64,000 nt of DNA from Candidatus Bathyarchaeia archaeon (GTDB taxonomy: Archaea; Thermoproteota; Bathyarchaeia; Bathyarchaeales; Bathycorpusculaceae): contig JAVYWL010000001.1 of NCBI GenBank assembly GCA_038727135.1, positions 480,001-544,000 of the forward strand, read 5' to 3'. The notes below the pieces were generated by a model, which worked only from the letters and a program-made list of their open reading frames with translations, searched no databases and was not told where the DNA came from. Every line of letters begins with the position of its first letter. The stretch's first letter is position 1. This document shows, piece by piece, positions 39,447-49,926 of the stretch. The position numbers and the translations under genes were made by a program.

Positions 39447-42400
39447 TTGGACATTCTGATGAGCAAATCCTACGAAAAATACATCGAGGCTTTAGAAAAA
39501 CAACTCGGGCAATTATACAGCGTAGCCGCCAAAGCCCGAGAAAAAGGCCTCGACCCCGAATTTAAGCCTGAATGCACAATTGCAAGGGACATGGCTGACC
39601 TTGTTGAGGGGCTTGTCGGTCCCAAAGGCGTTGCTGAAAGAATACGGGAGTTAAGCTCAAAACTCTCGAGGGAGGAGCTTGCCTTTAAAATTGCTGAGGA
39701 AATTGTTTATGGAAAGTTTGGGCATTTGGAGCCTGAAGCTGCCGCTGAGCAAGCCATACGCACGGCCTTGGCTATTCTCACGGAGGGGGTTACCGCCGCC
39801 CCCATACAAGGCGTTGCACAAGTTAAGATTAAAACTAACCATGATAGGTCAAAGTATTTGGCTATCTACTTTGCTGGTCCTATACGTTCTGCTGGTGGCA
39901 CAGATCAAGCGCTCACATTAGTCATAGGTGACTTTATTCGTAGGATTCTTGGGCTTGACCGTTACAAGCCCACGGAAGAGGAAATCGCTCGCTTCGTTGA
40001 GGAGGTTAGGCTTTATGAACGCAGTGTCAGTCGCTTCCAATATCATGTTTCAGACGAAGAGTTACAGAGGGCGCTACGCTGGCTGCCAGTAGAAGTTACC
40101 GGCACAGAATCTGACCCTGTGGAGGTTTCAGCTTACCGTAATCTACCTCGCATTGAAACCAACAGGGTTCGAGGCGGAGCATTGCGTGTGGTTAATGATG
40201 GGATTGTTGGTCGGGCCTCGAAGGTTTGGGCTATTGTGGAGAAATTGGGCATCCAAGGCTGGGATTGGCTTAAGGAAATCCGGAAAATGTCTGAAAAGAA
40301 AGCGGCTGGTTTTATGGACGACATTGTTGCAGGACGCCCCATATTCTCCTTTCCGGGCAGCCGTGGAGGCTTCCGCCTACGATATGGAAGGGCAAGAAAC
40401 ACAGGATTAACAGCTGTGGGCGTTCATCCAGCCACGATGCTTGTTCTTCAAGGGTTTATTGCAGCGGGCACTCAGCTTCGCCTTGAGCTTCCAGGGAAAG
40501 GTGGAATCGCAGTGCCTGTTGATGCTTTAGAGCCGCCAATAGTGAAGTTAAGAGACGGGTCAGTTGTGCGCGTCACCTTGGAAAATTTCAGCGATGTTAA
40601 AGACAGAATTGAGAAAATCTTGTTTTTGGGTGACATCCTCATAAGTTTTGGCGATTTCCTTTACCAAGGGAAAAGCCTTGTTCCTGCCGGATATGTTGAA
40701 GAGTGGTGGGCTGGAGACTTAAAAAAAGCCATAGCCGAGAAGTTTGGAGGAGATTTTGAAAAGGCTGCGGCTGCCGCCGGGATACTTGTTGAGAGGCTTA
40801 AAAGTTTTCTTGGAAACCCGTTTGTGAATAAGCCGACATGCAAGGAGGCTATAGCACTTTCACTAAATGTTACAATTCCGCTTCATCCAGCCTATACCTT
40901 CTTCTGGTCCAGTTTAGGTTCCGTTGAGGAGCTTAAGCTTCTTAGGAACTGGGCGCTTACGGCTAGTGTGGAGTGTGATGAGGGCTTCGCTCACCGTATA
41001 GTTGGTAAGATGGATGAAAGTGTTAAGAAGGCTCTGGAAGCGATATGCTTGCCCCATAAAGTTGTTGGTGGCAATATAGTTGTTGAAGGGGATGATGCGT
41101 GTGCCTTCACCTTCTGCCTTGGCATTGGTAAGTCTGACGTTAATTTTCGACAAGTGGGAGATGTTTTGAAGGCTATTGAGGAACTTTGCGGTGTGGTTGT
41201 TAGGGATAAGGCTTCAACTTTTATTGGTGCAAGGATGGGGCGCCCTGAGAAGGCTAAGAGGCGGGAGATGAAACCTCTTGTGCATGTTTTGTTCCCCGTG
41301 GGTTTGGCTGGTGGTTCTCAAAGAGATGTTTTGGAGGCTGCCAAACGTGGAAACGTTTACGTGGAAGTTGTCAAGCGCAAGTGTCCTCCATGTAAGACAG
41401 TTGCCTTTGGGAGAAAGTGCCCCGCGTGTGGTTCTGAAACGATTTTGGAGCATGTTTGCCCAAGATGTGGAAGAACCCTCAATGGGGGCGGCGAATGTCC
41501 GGTTTGTAAAGTTTTTGCGGTTCCCTATCAGCGGCAATACGTTAACATAAGCGAGCTGCTGGACCAAGCGTGCAGCCATCTGGGTGTTTCGTCGCTGAAG
41601 ATTTTGAAGGGTGTTAAGGGCTTAACCAACGAAACTAAGACTCCAGAAATTCTAGAGAAGGGTGTTTTGCGGGCAAAGTATGACTTATCCGTATACAAGG
41701 ATGGCACTATTCGCTTTGATGCAACAAACGCTCCGTTAACACATTTCAAACCGTCGGAGATAGGGATTTCCGTTGAGAAACTTGTTAAGCTTGGTTACAC
41801 AACTGATGCTTATGGCAATCCCCTAACAAGTCCGGAGCAGATATGCGAGCTGAAAATACAAGATGTCATCATCCCAATTAAGTGTGCAGAATATTTTGTT
41901 CGTGTGGCAAACTTTGTTGACGAACTTCTCGTGAAAGTTTATGGACTGCCAGCATACTACAATGTTAGGAACATTGAAGACCTTATCGGTCACTTGGTTA
42001 TTGGTTTGGCTCCTCACACATCTGTTGGCATTCTTGGACGGATAATTGGTTTTACAAGCCTAAATGTTTGTTATGCCCATCCAGTTTGGCATTCTGCCAA
42101 ACGGAGGGACTGCGACGGCGACGAGGATGCGCTAATGCTTGCACTAGACACATTGCTAAACTTTTCAAGGGTTTTCTTGCCAGCGCAAATAGGCGGAATA
42201 ATGGATGCTCCGCTGCTGCTGATATCTGTTGTTAACCCAAAAGAGGTGCAAAGGCAAGCCCACGACTTTGATGTGGCTGAAGCCTATCCATTAGAGTTTT
42301 ACCAGAAAACTTTGGAAAAAGCTGAAGCCAAACATGTTAGCCCACTAGTAGACCTCATCGAATATCGCCTTGGCACAGAAGCACAGTTTGAAGGCTACCA

Positions 42401-42863
42401 CTTTACAGTTCCCGTTTCAAACATTAATATGGGAAATGAGGAAAGCTCCTACAAACGCTTCAAAACCATGGTGGAAAAGCTTAACGGCCAGCTGGCACTC
42501 GCGGAGAAAATTGAGGCTGTGGACGCCAAAAAAGTCGCCTTAAAAGTCTTGACAAAACATTTTATCCGCGACATTGCCGGAAACCTTCGGGCCTTTTCAA
42601 TGCAAGGGTTCCGATGCAAATCTTGCAATAAGCGTTTTCGACGTTTGCCACTACGGGGTAAATGTCCAACATGTGGTGGAGAGCTAACCTTGACAGTCTA
42701 TCGAGGTGGCATAGAAAAGTATCTTGAGGCTGCTGAGCATATAATTAAGAAGTATGATTTGCCACGCTACTATAGTCAACGGATTCTGCTTGTGAGGGAG
42801 GAGATTAACTCTTTATTTGAGGGTAAAAAGCCAAAACAAATTAGCCTAACAAGCTTCGCCTAA
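39447..42863 (+). CDS. polD2: DNA polymerase D large subunit DP2 (no intein)
   Basis: AGPIRSAGGT, GGFRLRYGR, RMGRPEKA, catalytic RRDCDGDED, Zn fingers and C-terminal PIP-like QISLTSF. Confidence 0.98.
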   Translation: MDILMSKSYEKYIEALEKQLGQLYSVAAKAREKGLDPEFKPECTIARDMADLVEGLVGPKGVAERIRELSSKLSREELAFKIAEEIVYGKFGHLEPEAAAEQAIRTALAILTEGVTAAPIQGVAQVKIKTNHDRSKYLAIYFAGPIRSAGGTDQALTLVIGDFIRRILGLDRYKPTEEEIARFVEEVRLYERSVSRFQYHVSDEELQRALRWLPVEVTGTESDPVEVSAYRNLPRIETNRVRGGALRVVNDGIVGRASKVWAIVEKLGIQGWDWLKEIRKMSEKKAAGFMDDIVAGRPIFSFPGSRGGFRLRYGRARNTGLTAVGVHPATMLVLQGFIAAGTQLRLELPGKGGIAVPVDALEPPIVKLRDGSVVRVTLENFSDVKDRIEKILFLGDILISFGDFLYQGKSLVPAGYVEEWWAGDLKKAIAEKFGGDFEKAAAAAGILVERLKSFLGNPFVNKPTCKEAIALSLNVTIPLHPAYTFFWSSLGSVEELKLLRNWALTASVECDEGFAHRIVGKMDESVKKALEAICLPHKVVGGNIVVEGDDACAFTFCLGIGKSDVNFRQVGDVLKAIEELCGVVVRDKASTFIGARMGRPEKAKRREMKPLVHVLFPVGLAGGSQRDVLEAAKRGNVYVEVVKRKCPPCKTVAFGRKCPACGSETILEHVCPRCGRTLNGGGECPVCKVFAVPYQRQYVNISELLDQACSHLGVSSLKILKGVKGLTNETKTPEILEKGVLRAKYDLSVYKDGTIRFDATNAPLTHFKPSEIGISVEKLVKLGYTTDAYGNPLTSPEQICELKIQDVIIPIKCAEYFVRVANFVDELLVKVYGLPAYYNVRNIEDLIGHLVIGLAPHTSVGILGRIIGFTSLNVCYAHPVWHSAKRRDCDGDEDALMLALDTLLNFSRVFLPAQIGGIMDAPLLLISVVNPKEVQRQAHDFDVAEAYPLEFYQKTLEKAEAKHVSPLVDLIEYRLGTEAQFEGYHFTVPVSNINMGNEESSYKRFKTMVEKLNGQLALAEKIEAVDAKKVALKVLTKHFIRDIAGNLRAFSMQGFRCKSCNKRFRRLPLRGKCPTCGGELTLTVYRGGIEKYLEAAEHIIKKYDLPRYYSQRILLVREEINSLFEGKKPKQISLTSFA

Positions 42864-42909
42864 AGTGAAACCTTTTCTACACCCTCATTACAAAAATGTT
42901 TTGATGGAC

Positions 42910-43173
42910 ATGCCACGGGAAGGGTATCACCCCAACGCTTACCTTAAGGACTTTAGAAACGTTAAGCTGGGCTTGAATGCGCGCACCCTAATACTGAATT
43001 TTCTTGAGAGGTCTTCTGCGGATGCAAAAACAATTGCTAAAGAGACAGGCTTGCCCTACAACGTGGTCTTGCATCACCTAAAACTTCTAGAATTAAAGGG
43101 AATTACAAAAAGGGAAAGCAAGCGTCCATCTGTTTGGGCTTTAACTGGACTTGGACAGAAACGTTTAGGTTAA
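42910..43173 (+). CDS. Small ArsR-like winged-helix protein
   Basis: ARTLILNFL...AKTIAKETGLPYNVVLHHLKLLE. Confidence 0.75.
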   Translation: MPREGYHPNAYLKDFRNVKLGLNARTLILNFLERSSADAKTIAKETGLPYNVVLHHLKLLELKGITKRESKRPSVWALTGLGQKRLG

Positions 43174-43183
43174 TGCTGATACC

Positions 43184-43471
43184 CTAAAAAGTGCATTGAC
43201 AAGGTGAGTGTCTACATTTCGGGCATTTTCCATCATACTTGCCCAGAGCAGCCTTTTCCAAATCTACGTTTGTTATGTTGGCTAATGATGCGAGCCATGC
43301 GATGACGTCTGCAAACTCGTTTTCCAAGGCTTTTCTATCATCCGTCCTTAGTGCTTCACCTAGTTCCGCCACTTCTTCCACAAGCCATTCAAAGGTCTTT
43401 TCTACACCCCGCTGTGAGTCTCTGTGAAAATACAGAGTTCGCATCATCTCCTGAAACTCGTGTATATGCAT
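43184..43471 (-). CDS. MazG-like nucleotide pyrophosphohydrolase with C-terminal Cys cluster
   Basis: EEVAEL...EFADV; CPKC...CQC. Confidence 0.9.
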   Translation of the reverse strand: MHIHEFQEMMRTLYFHRDSQRGVEKTFEWLVEEVAELGEALRTDDRKALENEFADVIAWLASLANITNVDLEKAALGKYDGKCPKCRHSPCQCTF

Positions 43472-43507
43472 TCTTTACTGCACCAGCTAATCGGGTTTGT
43501 ATTGCTT

Positions 43508-43948
43508 TTAGTTTTTAAAGTTAAGTAAGGCTTTCTGTCCTTTGGCTGTTATGTGGATAACCTTTACGCCTCTTTTCTCAAGATGGGTGGCAATAAAACG
43601 CCTGTGACAGTATTTTGGGTTTGGCTCCATACACATCATGCATGTTCTCTTTTGGCTGGCAATTTCAAGGAGCTTTTTTATGCCCTCTCTAAAAAGTTTG
43701 GTTCGCATGTGCCTTTTATATCCGCCCTTTCGATAGCCTCCCAACTCTCTGCCTAGCCAAACGTATTCTATTCCGTTTTCTGGCAGCCACTTTTCCATTT
43801 GTTCTCTTTTGAAATGTTCGATTTTTGATGTTGGGAAATGGCGAATGTCCGCCAATACTTGTATTTCATGCTCCTTTAGCATTTCTAGGAAGGTGCTAAT
43901 AGAGCGGTTACTGTGCCCAATAGTCCAGACGATCACTTGTTTTTCCAT
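43508..43948 (-). CDS. DUF488 family protein
   Basis: WTIGHSNR, DIRHFP, LGG and CME...CHRR motifs. Confidence 0.9.
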   Translation of the reverse strand: MEKQVIVWTIGHSNRSISTFLEMLKEHEIQVLADIRHFPTSKIEHFKREQMEKWLPENGIEYVWLGRELGGYRKGGYKRHMRTKLFREGIKKLLEIASQKRTCMMCMEPNPKYCHRRFIATHLEKRGVKVIHITAKGQKALLNFKN

Positions 43949-43956
43949 TGGTGAGC

Positions 43957-45291
43957 CTAGCGGATTCTTATGTACTGATAGGCCTCTGTTGCGTTCTCGA
44001 AGCAGTAGTGCACTTTCTGGTAGTCTTTTCTGAACTCCGCCACGTCAATGGCTACCTTTTCTGGTGGTTCCTTATCTATTACCACGCGTTTTATGAATTC
44101 GGCTATTTCCACCATCTCCGACTCTCTCATTCCAAGCCTTGTGACCTCCGAAACGCCCAGTCTTATGCCGCCTGGATGCTGGAAGTGGCGTCCCTCCTTA
44201 ATGTCCCATGGCAACAGATTCCTATTGATAATTATGTTTGCCTTTTCCAATGTTTCTTCTATGGTGCCTCCATCGCCGTACTTTGTTATGTCTATTAGAA
44301 TCACGTGGGATTCCGTGAAGCCCTTATGTTCAGCCAATACGTTGAAGCCTCTCTCATACAATGCTTGGGCTAAAGCCTTTGCATTTTTAACAACTTGGCG
44401 TGCATATTCTCTTCCAAACTCAAGCAGCTCTGCTGCGGCAATTGCCACACCAGCCACTGCATGCAAGTGGTGGTTGCTCACCATTCCAGGAAAGGTGGCA
44501 CGCTTTATCTTGTCGGCGTACTTCTCCCAAGACAAGACTGCACCGTGTTGAGGTCCAAAAAACGTTTTGTGAGTACTTAAACTTACAACGTCAGCACCCT
44601 CGCGGAGAGGATCTTGGAAACACTTTCCAGCGATTAAACCAGCGACATGGGCAGCATCATAACCGACGGTTCCCCCCACTGCGCGTATAGTGTCTGCTAA
44701 CTCTTTTACTGGGTGGGGGAATGGGAAGACGCTGGCTCCAAACATCACAAGTTTAGGAGGCTTTCCTTCCGCCGCAAGTTTTTCTATCCTTTGCTTCGCC
44801 TTATCCACGTCGATGTTTAACTCTTTGTAGTCCAAAGGTAAGTATTCAACCACTAAACCGTGAACCGCGCCCGCTGTACCCCCAAGTTCCTTCTTGCCCA
44901 TTGTTATATGCCCACCACAAGGTATGGACAAAGCCATCATCACATCGCCCGGCTCAGTAAAAGCCGTATAAACAACAAGGTTTGCCACAACACCAGAAAT
45001 GGGACGCACATCCACGAACTCCGCGTCAAAAAGCCTCTTCATAAGCTCAATACATTTGAACTCAACTTGGTCTATGAAGCGGCATCCAGCATAAACCCTT
45101 TCTCCAGGCCAACCTTCAGCGTATCTGTTTCCAAAATCTGTTGTTAATGCTTCACGCACCGCTGGGCTCGGTATATTTTCACTTGCTATTAGGGGGATGC
45201 ATTCTCGGAACCATGCATGGTGCTTCTGCAGAACATCCAACACAAACTGATATTCTTCGCGTGGGGTTGGCATTAACATACCTCGCTTCAT
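43957..45291 (-). CDS. glyA: Serine hydroxymethyltransferase
   Basis: LIASEN, RYAEG, GGH, DAAHVAGLIAG and STHKTFFGPQ motifs. Confidence 0.97.
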   Translation of the reverse strand: MKRGMLMPTPREEYQFVLDVLQKHHAWFRECIPLIASENIPSPAVREALTTDFGNRYAEGWPGERVYAGCRFIDQVEFKCIELMKRLFDAEFVDVRPISGVVANLVVYTAFTEPGDVMMALSIPCGGHITMGKKELGGTAGAVHGLVVEYLPLDYKELNIDVDKAKQRIEKLAAEGKPPKLVMFGASVFPFPHPVKELADTIRAVGGTVGYDAAHVAGLIAGKCFQDPLREGADVVSLSTHKTFFGPQHGAVLSWEKYADKIKRATFPGMVSNHHLHAVAGVAIAAAELLEFGREYARQVVKNAKALAQALYERGFNVLAEHKGFTESHVILIDITKYGDGGTIEETLEKANIIINRNLLPWDIKEGRHFQHPGGIRLGVSEVTRLGMRESEMVEIAEFIKRVVIDKEPPEKVAIDVAEFRKDYQKVHYCFENATEAYQYIRIR

Positions 45292-45397
45292 TATCGCCTT
45301 TACAGAAATAAAACTGTTTTGAACAACAACGCAAGGTTAATAATGGAGAAGTCTAAAGGTTTAAAGTGCCTAAGGACTGTTTGGAGACGATTTACTA

Positions 45398-45568
45398 ATG
45401 AGTAAGAAAAAGAAGAAAAGCGAATCAGCGCCAATGCCCGCCGCAAGCGCCGGATTGCTGCGGTTTTTTGAGGAGGAAACAGAAGGCGTTAAAGTAAGAC
45501 CAGAAATTCTAATAGCTGCAGCCATAGCCCTAATAGTGATATGTGTTTTGGCGCGCCTACTTTTCTAG
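45398..45568 (+). CDS. secG: Preprotein translocase subunit Sec61-beta (absent from the ORF track)
   Basis: Manual translation MSKKKKKSESAPMPAASAGLLRFFEEETEGVKVRPEILIAAAIALIVICVLARLLF: AGL.RF(F)EEE motif plus one TM. Confidence 0.92.
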   Translation: MSKKKKKSESAPMPAASAGLLRFFEEETEGVKVRPEILIAAAIALIVICVLARLLF

Positions 45569-45579
45569 GCTTTACTCTT

Positions 45580-45867
45580 TTAGCGGCGAGAAGTTGGATG
45601 TAAAATTTCAATTCTCTGAACGGAATTTAAGTGAATGAATATTTCGCTACGCTCCTCTCTGCTCGCAACCTGTGGGATGGGCTGGGCAATCGTCGCCCGT
45701 AGAACTATGGCTTCAGCGTTTGAAAGCCATATGCCGGCTGGTTCACGGGTTACTGCCGCCAAAACGCCCTCAAAACCATAGGAAGGGTCTAAGATAACGC
45801 GGACACTCTTTCCAAGGTTTTTCTCGAGCATATGAAATATTGTCGGGGGGAGGGATTGCTCGGGCAT
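45580..45867 (-). CDS. Divergent Sm/Lsm-fold small protein
   Basis: LEKNLGKSVRVIL...FEGVL...IWLSNA (Sm1-like) and EIFIHLNSVQRIE (Sm2-like). Confidence 0.6.
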   Translation of the reverse strand: MPEQSLPPTIFHMLEKNLGKSVRVILDPSYGFEGVLAAVTREPAGIWLSNAEAIVLRATIAQPIPQVASREERSEIFIHLNSVQRIEILHPTSRR

Positions 45868-46034
45868 AGCACCAGCAAAACTATAGACGGCTTTCAAAGA
45901 TAAAACACTTGCTCTTCAAATTAACATTTAGTGCAACCGCAAGGGCGCCTTTCCTCAAAATTTTTGCTCTTTCAAAATTTATGCAACACTTTAATATGTC
46001 TATACACCTTCAGAAACTCTTTGAGCGGATAAGC

Positions 46035-47846
46035 GTGGCTAACGATGCCTCTTTAAGCCAGTATTTAGATAAGGCGGTTAAACACTATTCATCGCTTTTT
46101 AGGCTTCCATCATATAAAAGGACAGTCCAACTTCTGGCCGCGTTTTGTGTAGTATGCGGTTTTTTGTCGACTTTTACTCTCCAGGCTTCTGGACTGGTTT
46201 CTGGGATGCTTTTGGGTTTTACGCTGTTTTTCATGACGCTTCTTGCAGACTATCTTTTGGCGCTGTTTGTATTAAAAAAGGACCCAATTTATGACTTGAG
46301 AAGGACCGCTGCTCTTTCCTTGTTCTGCTGGGGATTGTGGCTTTTCTTCATCGCCACGGGCTGTGCTACAACCTATTTTACGGCTTTTCCGTTGTGGGCG
46401 GTCAGGCTTTGCCTTCTAGGTTTTTCAGCTGTTTTGATATCCCGCATTATCGTTTTATACTCAACATCATCCGTGAGTTATCCGCGCTTTTTGTTAGCCT
46501 CTATTCTCCCGCCTTTTCTATGCCTAATCCCTTTCATGTTTTTATGGTGGTTTAATAATGCCAATATTCCAGCCATTCTGAGTTTTTCAACTGTTGCGTC
46601 AGCCGTTGCTTTAGCCTCCGGCTTCGCTTTTATTTTCCTTTTGAATTTTATTGGAAAACGCTCTATTGGTGAACAGTCGATTCCCATTTTTAGAGCTTTC
46701 CTACTTAATTGGGTTGCAGACCTAAACGCGCCCTTCGAAGCTTTTCTCGAAAAATTGAGCGAGGAACACGATATTGAGGTTTCAATAATAAAATTTGACT
46801 GTTCAAAACCCGTGTTTATTGTTGTTCCGTCAGTGCACCCGGGGCCGTTCAAAAATGTTGGTAGTAGCTTTTTGCCTTTCATGCTTAAAACGGCTTTAGA
46901 GCAAAAGTTTGGTGGTGTTGCGTGTGTGCCATTGGGTTTGCTGGGCCACGAGCTTGATGTTGCTTCCCAAAGCCAAGTTCAGAAAATTATTACTGGCACC
47001 CTTGAATCAGCAGATTTTACGGCGAAGGGGGTTAAGACTACCCCTTTCATTAAAGTTAGTAACGGCTTAGCTACAGCTTGCTGCCAAGTTTTTGGCAAAA
47101 CTGCGTTAATTGTGTTTTCCCTAGCCCCGAAAACAACAGAGGATTTTCCACAAGAATTAGGCGACGCTATTCAAAAAGAGGCTGAAAATCTTGGCTTGGA
47201 ATCTTGCATTGCCATCAACGCGCATAACAGCATAAACGGAGTTGTGGACACGCAAGCAGCATTAGATGCATTGAAAGATGTTGCTTCTAACTGCTTAAAA
47301 GAAGCGATCTCCGCGAGGCCTACCTCATTTAAAGTGGGTGCTGCCACGGTCTTGCCAAAAGAGTTCAGCCTTAGGGACGGAATAGGTCTTGGTGGCATAA
47401 CAGTGATTGCCATCGAGGCTAGTTTGCAGAAAGTCGCCTATGTAATTGTTGACGGGAATAACATGGTTTCGGGCTTGAGGGAAAAAATTTTGGACGCACT
47501 CAAGTCGCTGGGCTTTGCCGATGGTGAGGTTTTCACTACGGACACGCATGCTGTTAATGCCGTGACGTTTAATGAGCGTGGATACCATCCAGTGGGCGAG
47601 GTAATAAGTCATGAGAAGCTGATAGGCTACATAGTTGAAGCTGCAAAGAGCGCGCTGGCAAGCCTAGAGCCAGCCAAGTTCGGATACAGAAGTGCACTTA
47701 TTTCGGGTGTGAAGGTTATTGGGCGGAAACCACTGGAGAAATTGTGTGTATTCACAGACAAAGTAATTCAAACTGCAAAGAGGATAGTTATCCCCTTGTT
47801 CGGTGCGACCTTTCTCGTTTTAACGTTGATTTCACTTTACGTTTAG
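46035..47846 (+). CDS. DUF2070 family membrane protein
   Basis: N-terminal TM bundle; HPGPFKNVGSS, NAHNS, DGNNM and TTDTH motifs. Start position uncertain. Confidence 0.85.
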   Translation: MANDASLSQYLDKAVKHYSSLFRLPSYKRTVQLLAAFCVVCGFLSTFTLQASGLVSGMLLGFTLFFMTLLADYLLALFVLKKDPIYDLRRTAALSLFCWGLWLFFIATGCATTYFTAFPLWAVRLCLLGFSAVLISRIIVLYSTSSVSYPRFLLASILPPFLCLIPFMFLWWFNNANIPAILSFSTVASAVALASGFAFIFLLNFIGKRSIGEQSIPIFRAFLLNWVADLNAPFEAFLEKLSEEHDIEVSIIKFDCSKPVFIVVPSVHPGPFKNVGSSFLPFMLKTALEQKFGGVACVPLGLLGHELDVASQSQVQKIITGTLESADFTAKGVKTTPFIKVSNGLATACCQVFGKTALIVFSLAPKTTEDFPQELGDAIQKEAENLGLESCIAINAHNSINGVVDTQAALDALKDVASNCLKEAISARPTSFKVGAATVLPKEFSLRDGIGLGGITVIAIEASLQKVAYVIVDGNNMVSGLREKILDALKSLGFADGEVFTTDTHAVNAVTFNERGYHPVGEVISHEKLIGYIVEAAKSALASLEPAKFGYRSALISGVKVIGRKPLEKLCVFTDKVIQTAKRIVIPLFGATFLVLTLISLYV

Positions 47847-47895
47847 CTAAACACTAATAAGGGAAGCGGCTTAACCTTCCAATTCTCAAGAAGGG

Positions 47896-48462
47896 TTGAA
47901 AGGCTTGCTTAGAGAAATTAGGATACATGGTCGGGGCGGGCAAGGCGCTGTCACAGCGGCACAACTGTTAGCCCACGCGGCTCACATAGAGGGCAAATAC
48001 GTTCAAGCTTTCCCATATTTTGGGGCTGAACGCAGAGGCGCCCCAGTTAAAGCCTTCGCCAGAATAAGCGACGCGCCCATTCTCCTCCACAGCCAAGTCT
48101 ACAACCCAGACTATGTGGTGGTTTTAGACCCGCAGCTTTACAAAATAATAGATGTTGCCGAAGGTCTCAAAAAAGATGGCATAATAGTTATGAACACCAC
48201 CAAGAAGCCGGACGAGTTAGGTTTAAAGGGTTGGCGAGTTGCCACAGTCGATGCTACTGGAATAGCCCTTGAATTGAACCTTCGGGTGGCTGGCTTACCA
48301 GTAGTCAATACCTCAATTTTAGGCGCGTTTGCTGGAGCAACAGGCGAAGTTCGTTTAGAAAGTGTTTTGAAAGCTATAAAGGAGAACTGGCGGGGCAGCG
48401 CTGGAGAGAAGAACGCCCGCGCTGCGGAGCTTGCCTACGAACGCCTAATTAAAGGGTGGTGA
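47896..48462 (+). CDS. porC: 2-oxoacid (pyruvate):ferredoxin oxidoreductase gamma subunit
   Basis: [11 protein letters not shown] and [10 protein letters not shown] motifs. Confidence 0.93.
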   Translation: MKGLLREIRIHGRGGQGAVTAAQLLAHAAHIEGKYVQAFPYFGAERRGAPVKAFARISDAPILLHSQVYNPDYVVVLDPQLYKIIDVAEGLKKDGIIVMNTTKKPDELGLKGWRVATVDATGIALELNLRVAGLPVVNTSILGAFAGATGEVRLESVLKAIKENWRGSAGEKNARAAELAYERLIKGW

Positions 48463-48466
48463 AAGG

Positions 48467-48748
48467 ATGACTGTTCCTAAATCGCGTAAAGATATGCCTC
48501 TTACTCCCATATCTTATCCAACATTCGGGAGCATGGGAAAAACTGGGTCATGGAGGACCTTCCGTCCCATAATAGACTATTCAAAGTGCACGAAATGCAC
48601 GCTCTGCTGGGTTTACTGCCCAGACGCAGCCATAACAAGACGTGAGGATGATTCTCCTGAAATTGATTATGAATATTGCAAGGGCTGTGGAATATGCGCT
48701 AACGAATGCCCAGTTAAAGCAATAACAATGCAGAGGGAGGAAGAATAA
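48467..48748 (+). CDS. porD: 2-oxoacid:ferredoxin oxidoreductase delta subunit
   Basis: TGSWRTFRP and two CxxCxxCxxxCP motifs. Confidence 0.93.
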   Translation: MTVPKSRKDMPLTPISYPTFGSMGKTGSWRTFRPIIDYSKCTKCTLCWVYCPDAAITRREDDSPEIDYEYCKGCGICANECPVKAITMQREEE

Positions 48749-49926
48749 TGGCACAAATCATAATTGATACGGCAAATCACATTGCTGGTTACGCCGCCAA
48801 AGCCGCGAGGGTCAAAGTGGTTGCTGCATACCCCATAACACCACAAACAACAGTCGTGGAAAAAATCGCCGAATTTGTTGAAAACGGAGAAATGGATGCC
48901 GAATATATCCGTGTAGAATCCGAACACAGCGCGATGGCGGCGTGCATAGGAGCCGCAGCAGCCGGTGTTAGAACTTTCACGGCAACCTCAGCTCATGGCT
49001 TGGCTTTGATGCATGAAGCTTTACACTGGGCTTCTGGTTCCCGCTTGCCAATTGTTATGGCTGTTGTTAACCGTGCAATGGGAGCGCCTTGGAGCATCTG
49101 GCCAGACCTTAGCGACTCGCTTTCGCAGCGGGACACCGGGTGGATTCAGTTTTACTGCGCTGATAATCAAGAGGTTTTCGACACGATTATTCAAGCCTAC
49201 AGAATATGCGAAGATGAACGGGTTTTTCTGCCAGCCATGGTATGCCTAGAAGGATTTATCCTATCCCATACATACATGCCCGTGAAAATTCATGATCAAG
49301 AAGAGATAGACGCCTTTCTGCCCCCATACAGGTCTGGGTGGATTTTAGACGTGAATAACCCCTTTTCCCATGCGAACCTTGTTTCACCTGAATGGTACAT
49401 GGAGTTCCGCTATATGATACAGGAGGCTATGGAAAACGCCAAGCGGCTAATACCGGAGATCGATAAGGAGTATGGGCGACGCTTCGGCTTTCAATATGGC
49501 GGACTCATTGATAAATACATGTGTGAAGATGCAGATTTAATCATCTGCACAATGGGGACCATGGGAAGCGAAGCCAAAATAGCCGTTGACAACCTTAGGA
49601 AAGAGGGCTTAAAAGTTGGAGCTGCAAGGATAAGGGTTTACCGCCCCTTCCCTGTTGAAGAGGTTAGGAAGCTTGCCGAACATGCCAGCATTATAGCCAC
49701 AATAGACCGCCACATATCCTTCGGGATGGAAGGCTTCCTTGCATCAGAAATTAAGGCTTCGCTCTATCATATGGAGGGCAAACCCCTGCTAGCTGGCTTC
49801 ATTGCAGGCTTGGGCGGACGGGATGTGACATTCAAAACTATTGAGGGGATTGCCAGAAAATCGCTGAAATGGATGAAAGCGGGAAGGGTTGAGAAAGAAA
49901 CAGTATGGGTTGATTTGAGGGAGTGA
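48748..49926 (+). CDS. porA: 2-oxoacid:ferredoxin oxidoreductase alpha subunit
   Basis: YPITPQT, VESEHSA and GLGGRD motifs. Confidence 0.93.
   Translation: MAQIIIDTANHIAGYAAKAARVKVVAAYPITPQTTVVEKIAEFVENGEMDAEYIRVESEHSAMAACIGAAAAGVRTFTATSAHGLALMHEALHWASGSRLPIVMAVVNRAMGAPWSIWPDLSDSLSQRDTGWIQFYCADNQEVFDTIIQAYRICEDERVFLPAMVCLEGFILSHTYMPVKIHDQEEIDAFLPPYRSGWILDVNNPFSHANLVSPEWYMEFRYMIQEAMENAKRLIPEIDKEYGRRFGFQYGGLIDKYMCEDADLIICTMGTMGSEAKIAVDNLRKEGLKVGAARIRVYRPFPVEEVRKLAEHASIIATIDRHISFGMEGFLASEIKASLYHMEGKPLLAGFIAGLGGRDVTFKTIEGIARKSLKWMKAGRVEKETVWVDLRE

Noticed and set aside
39447-42863. Intein in DP2 (also checked Cdc6)
   Set aside because: Lengths are normal; no C...HN splice motifs or LAGLIDADG blocks were seen.
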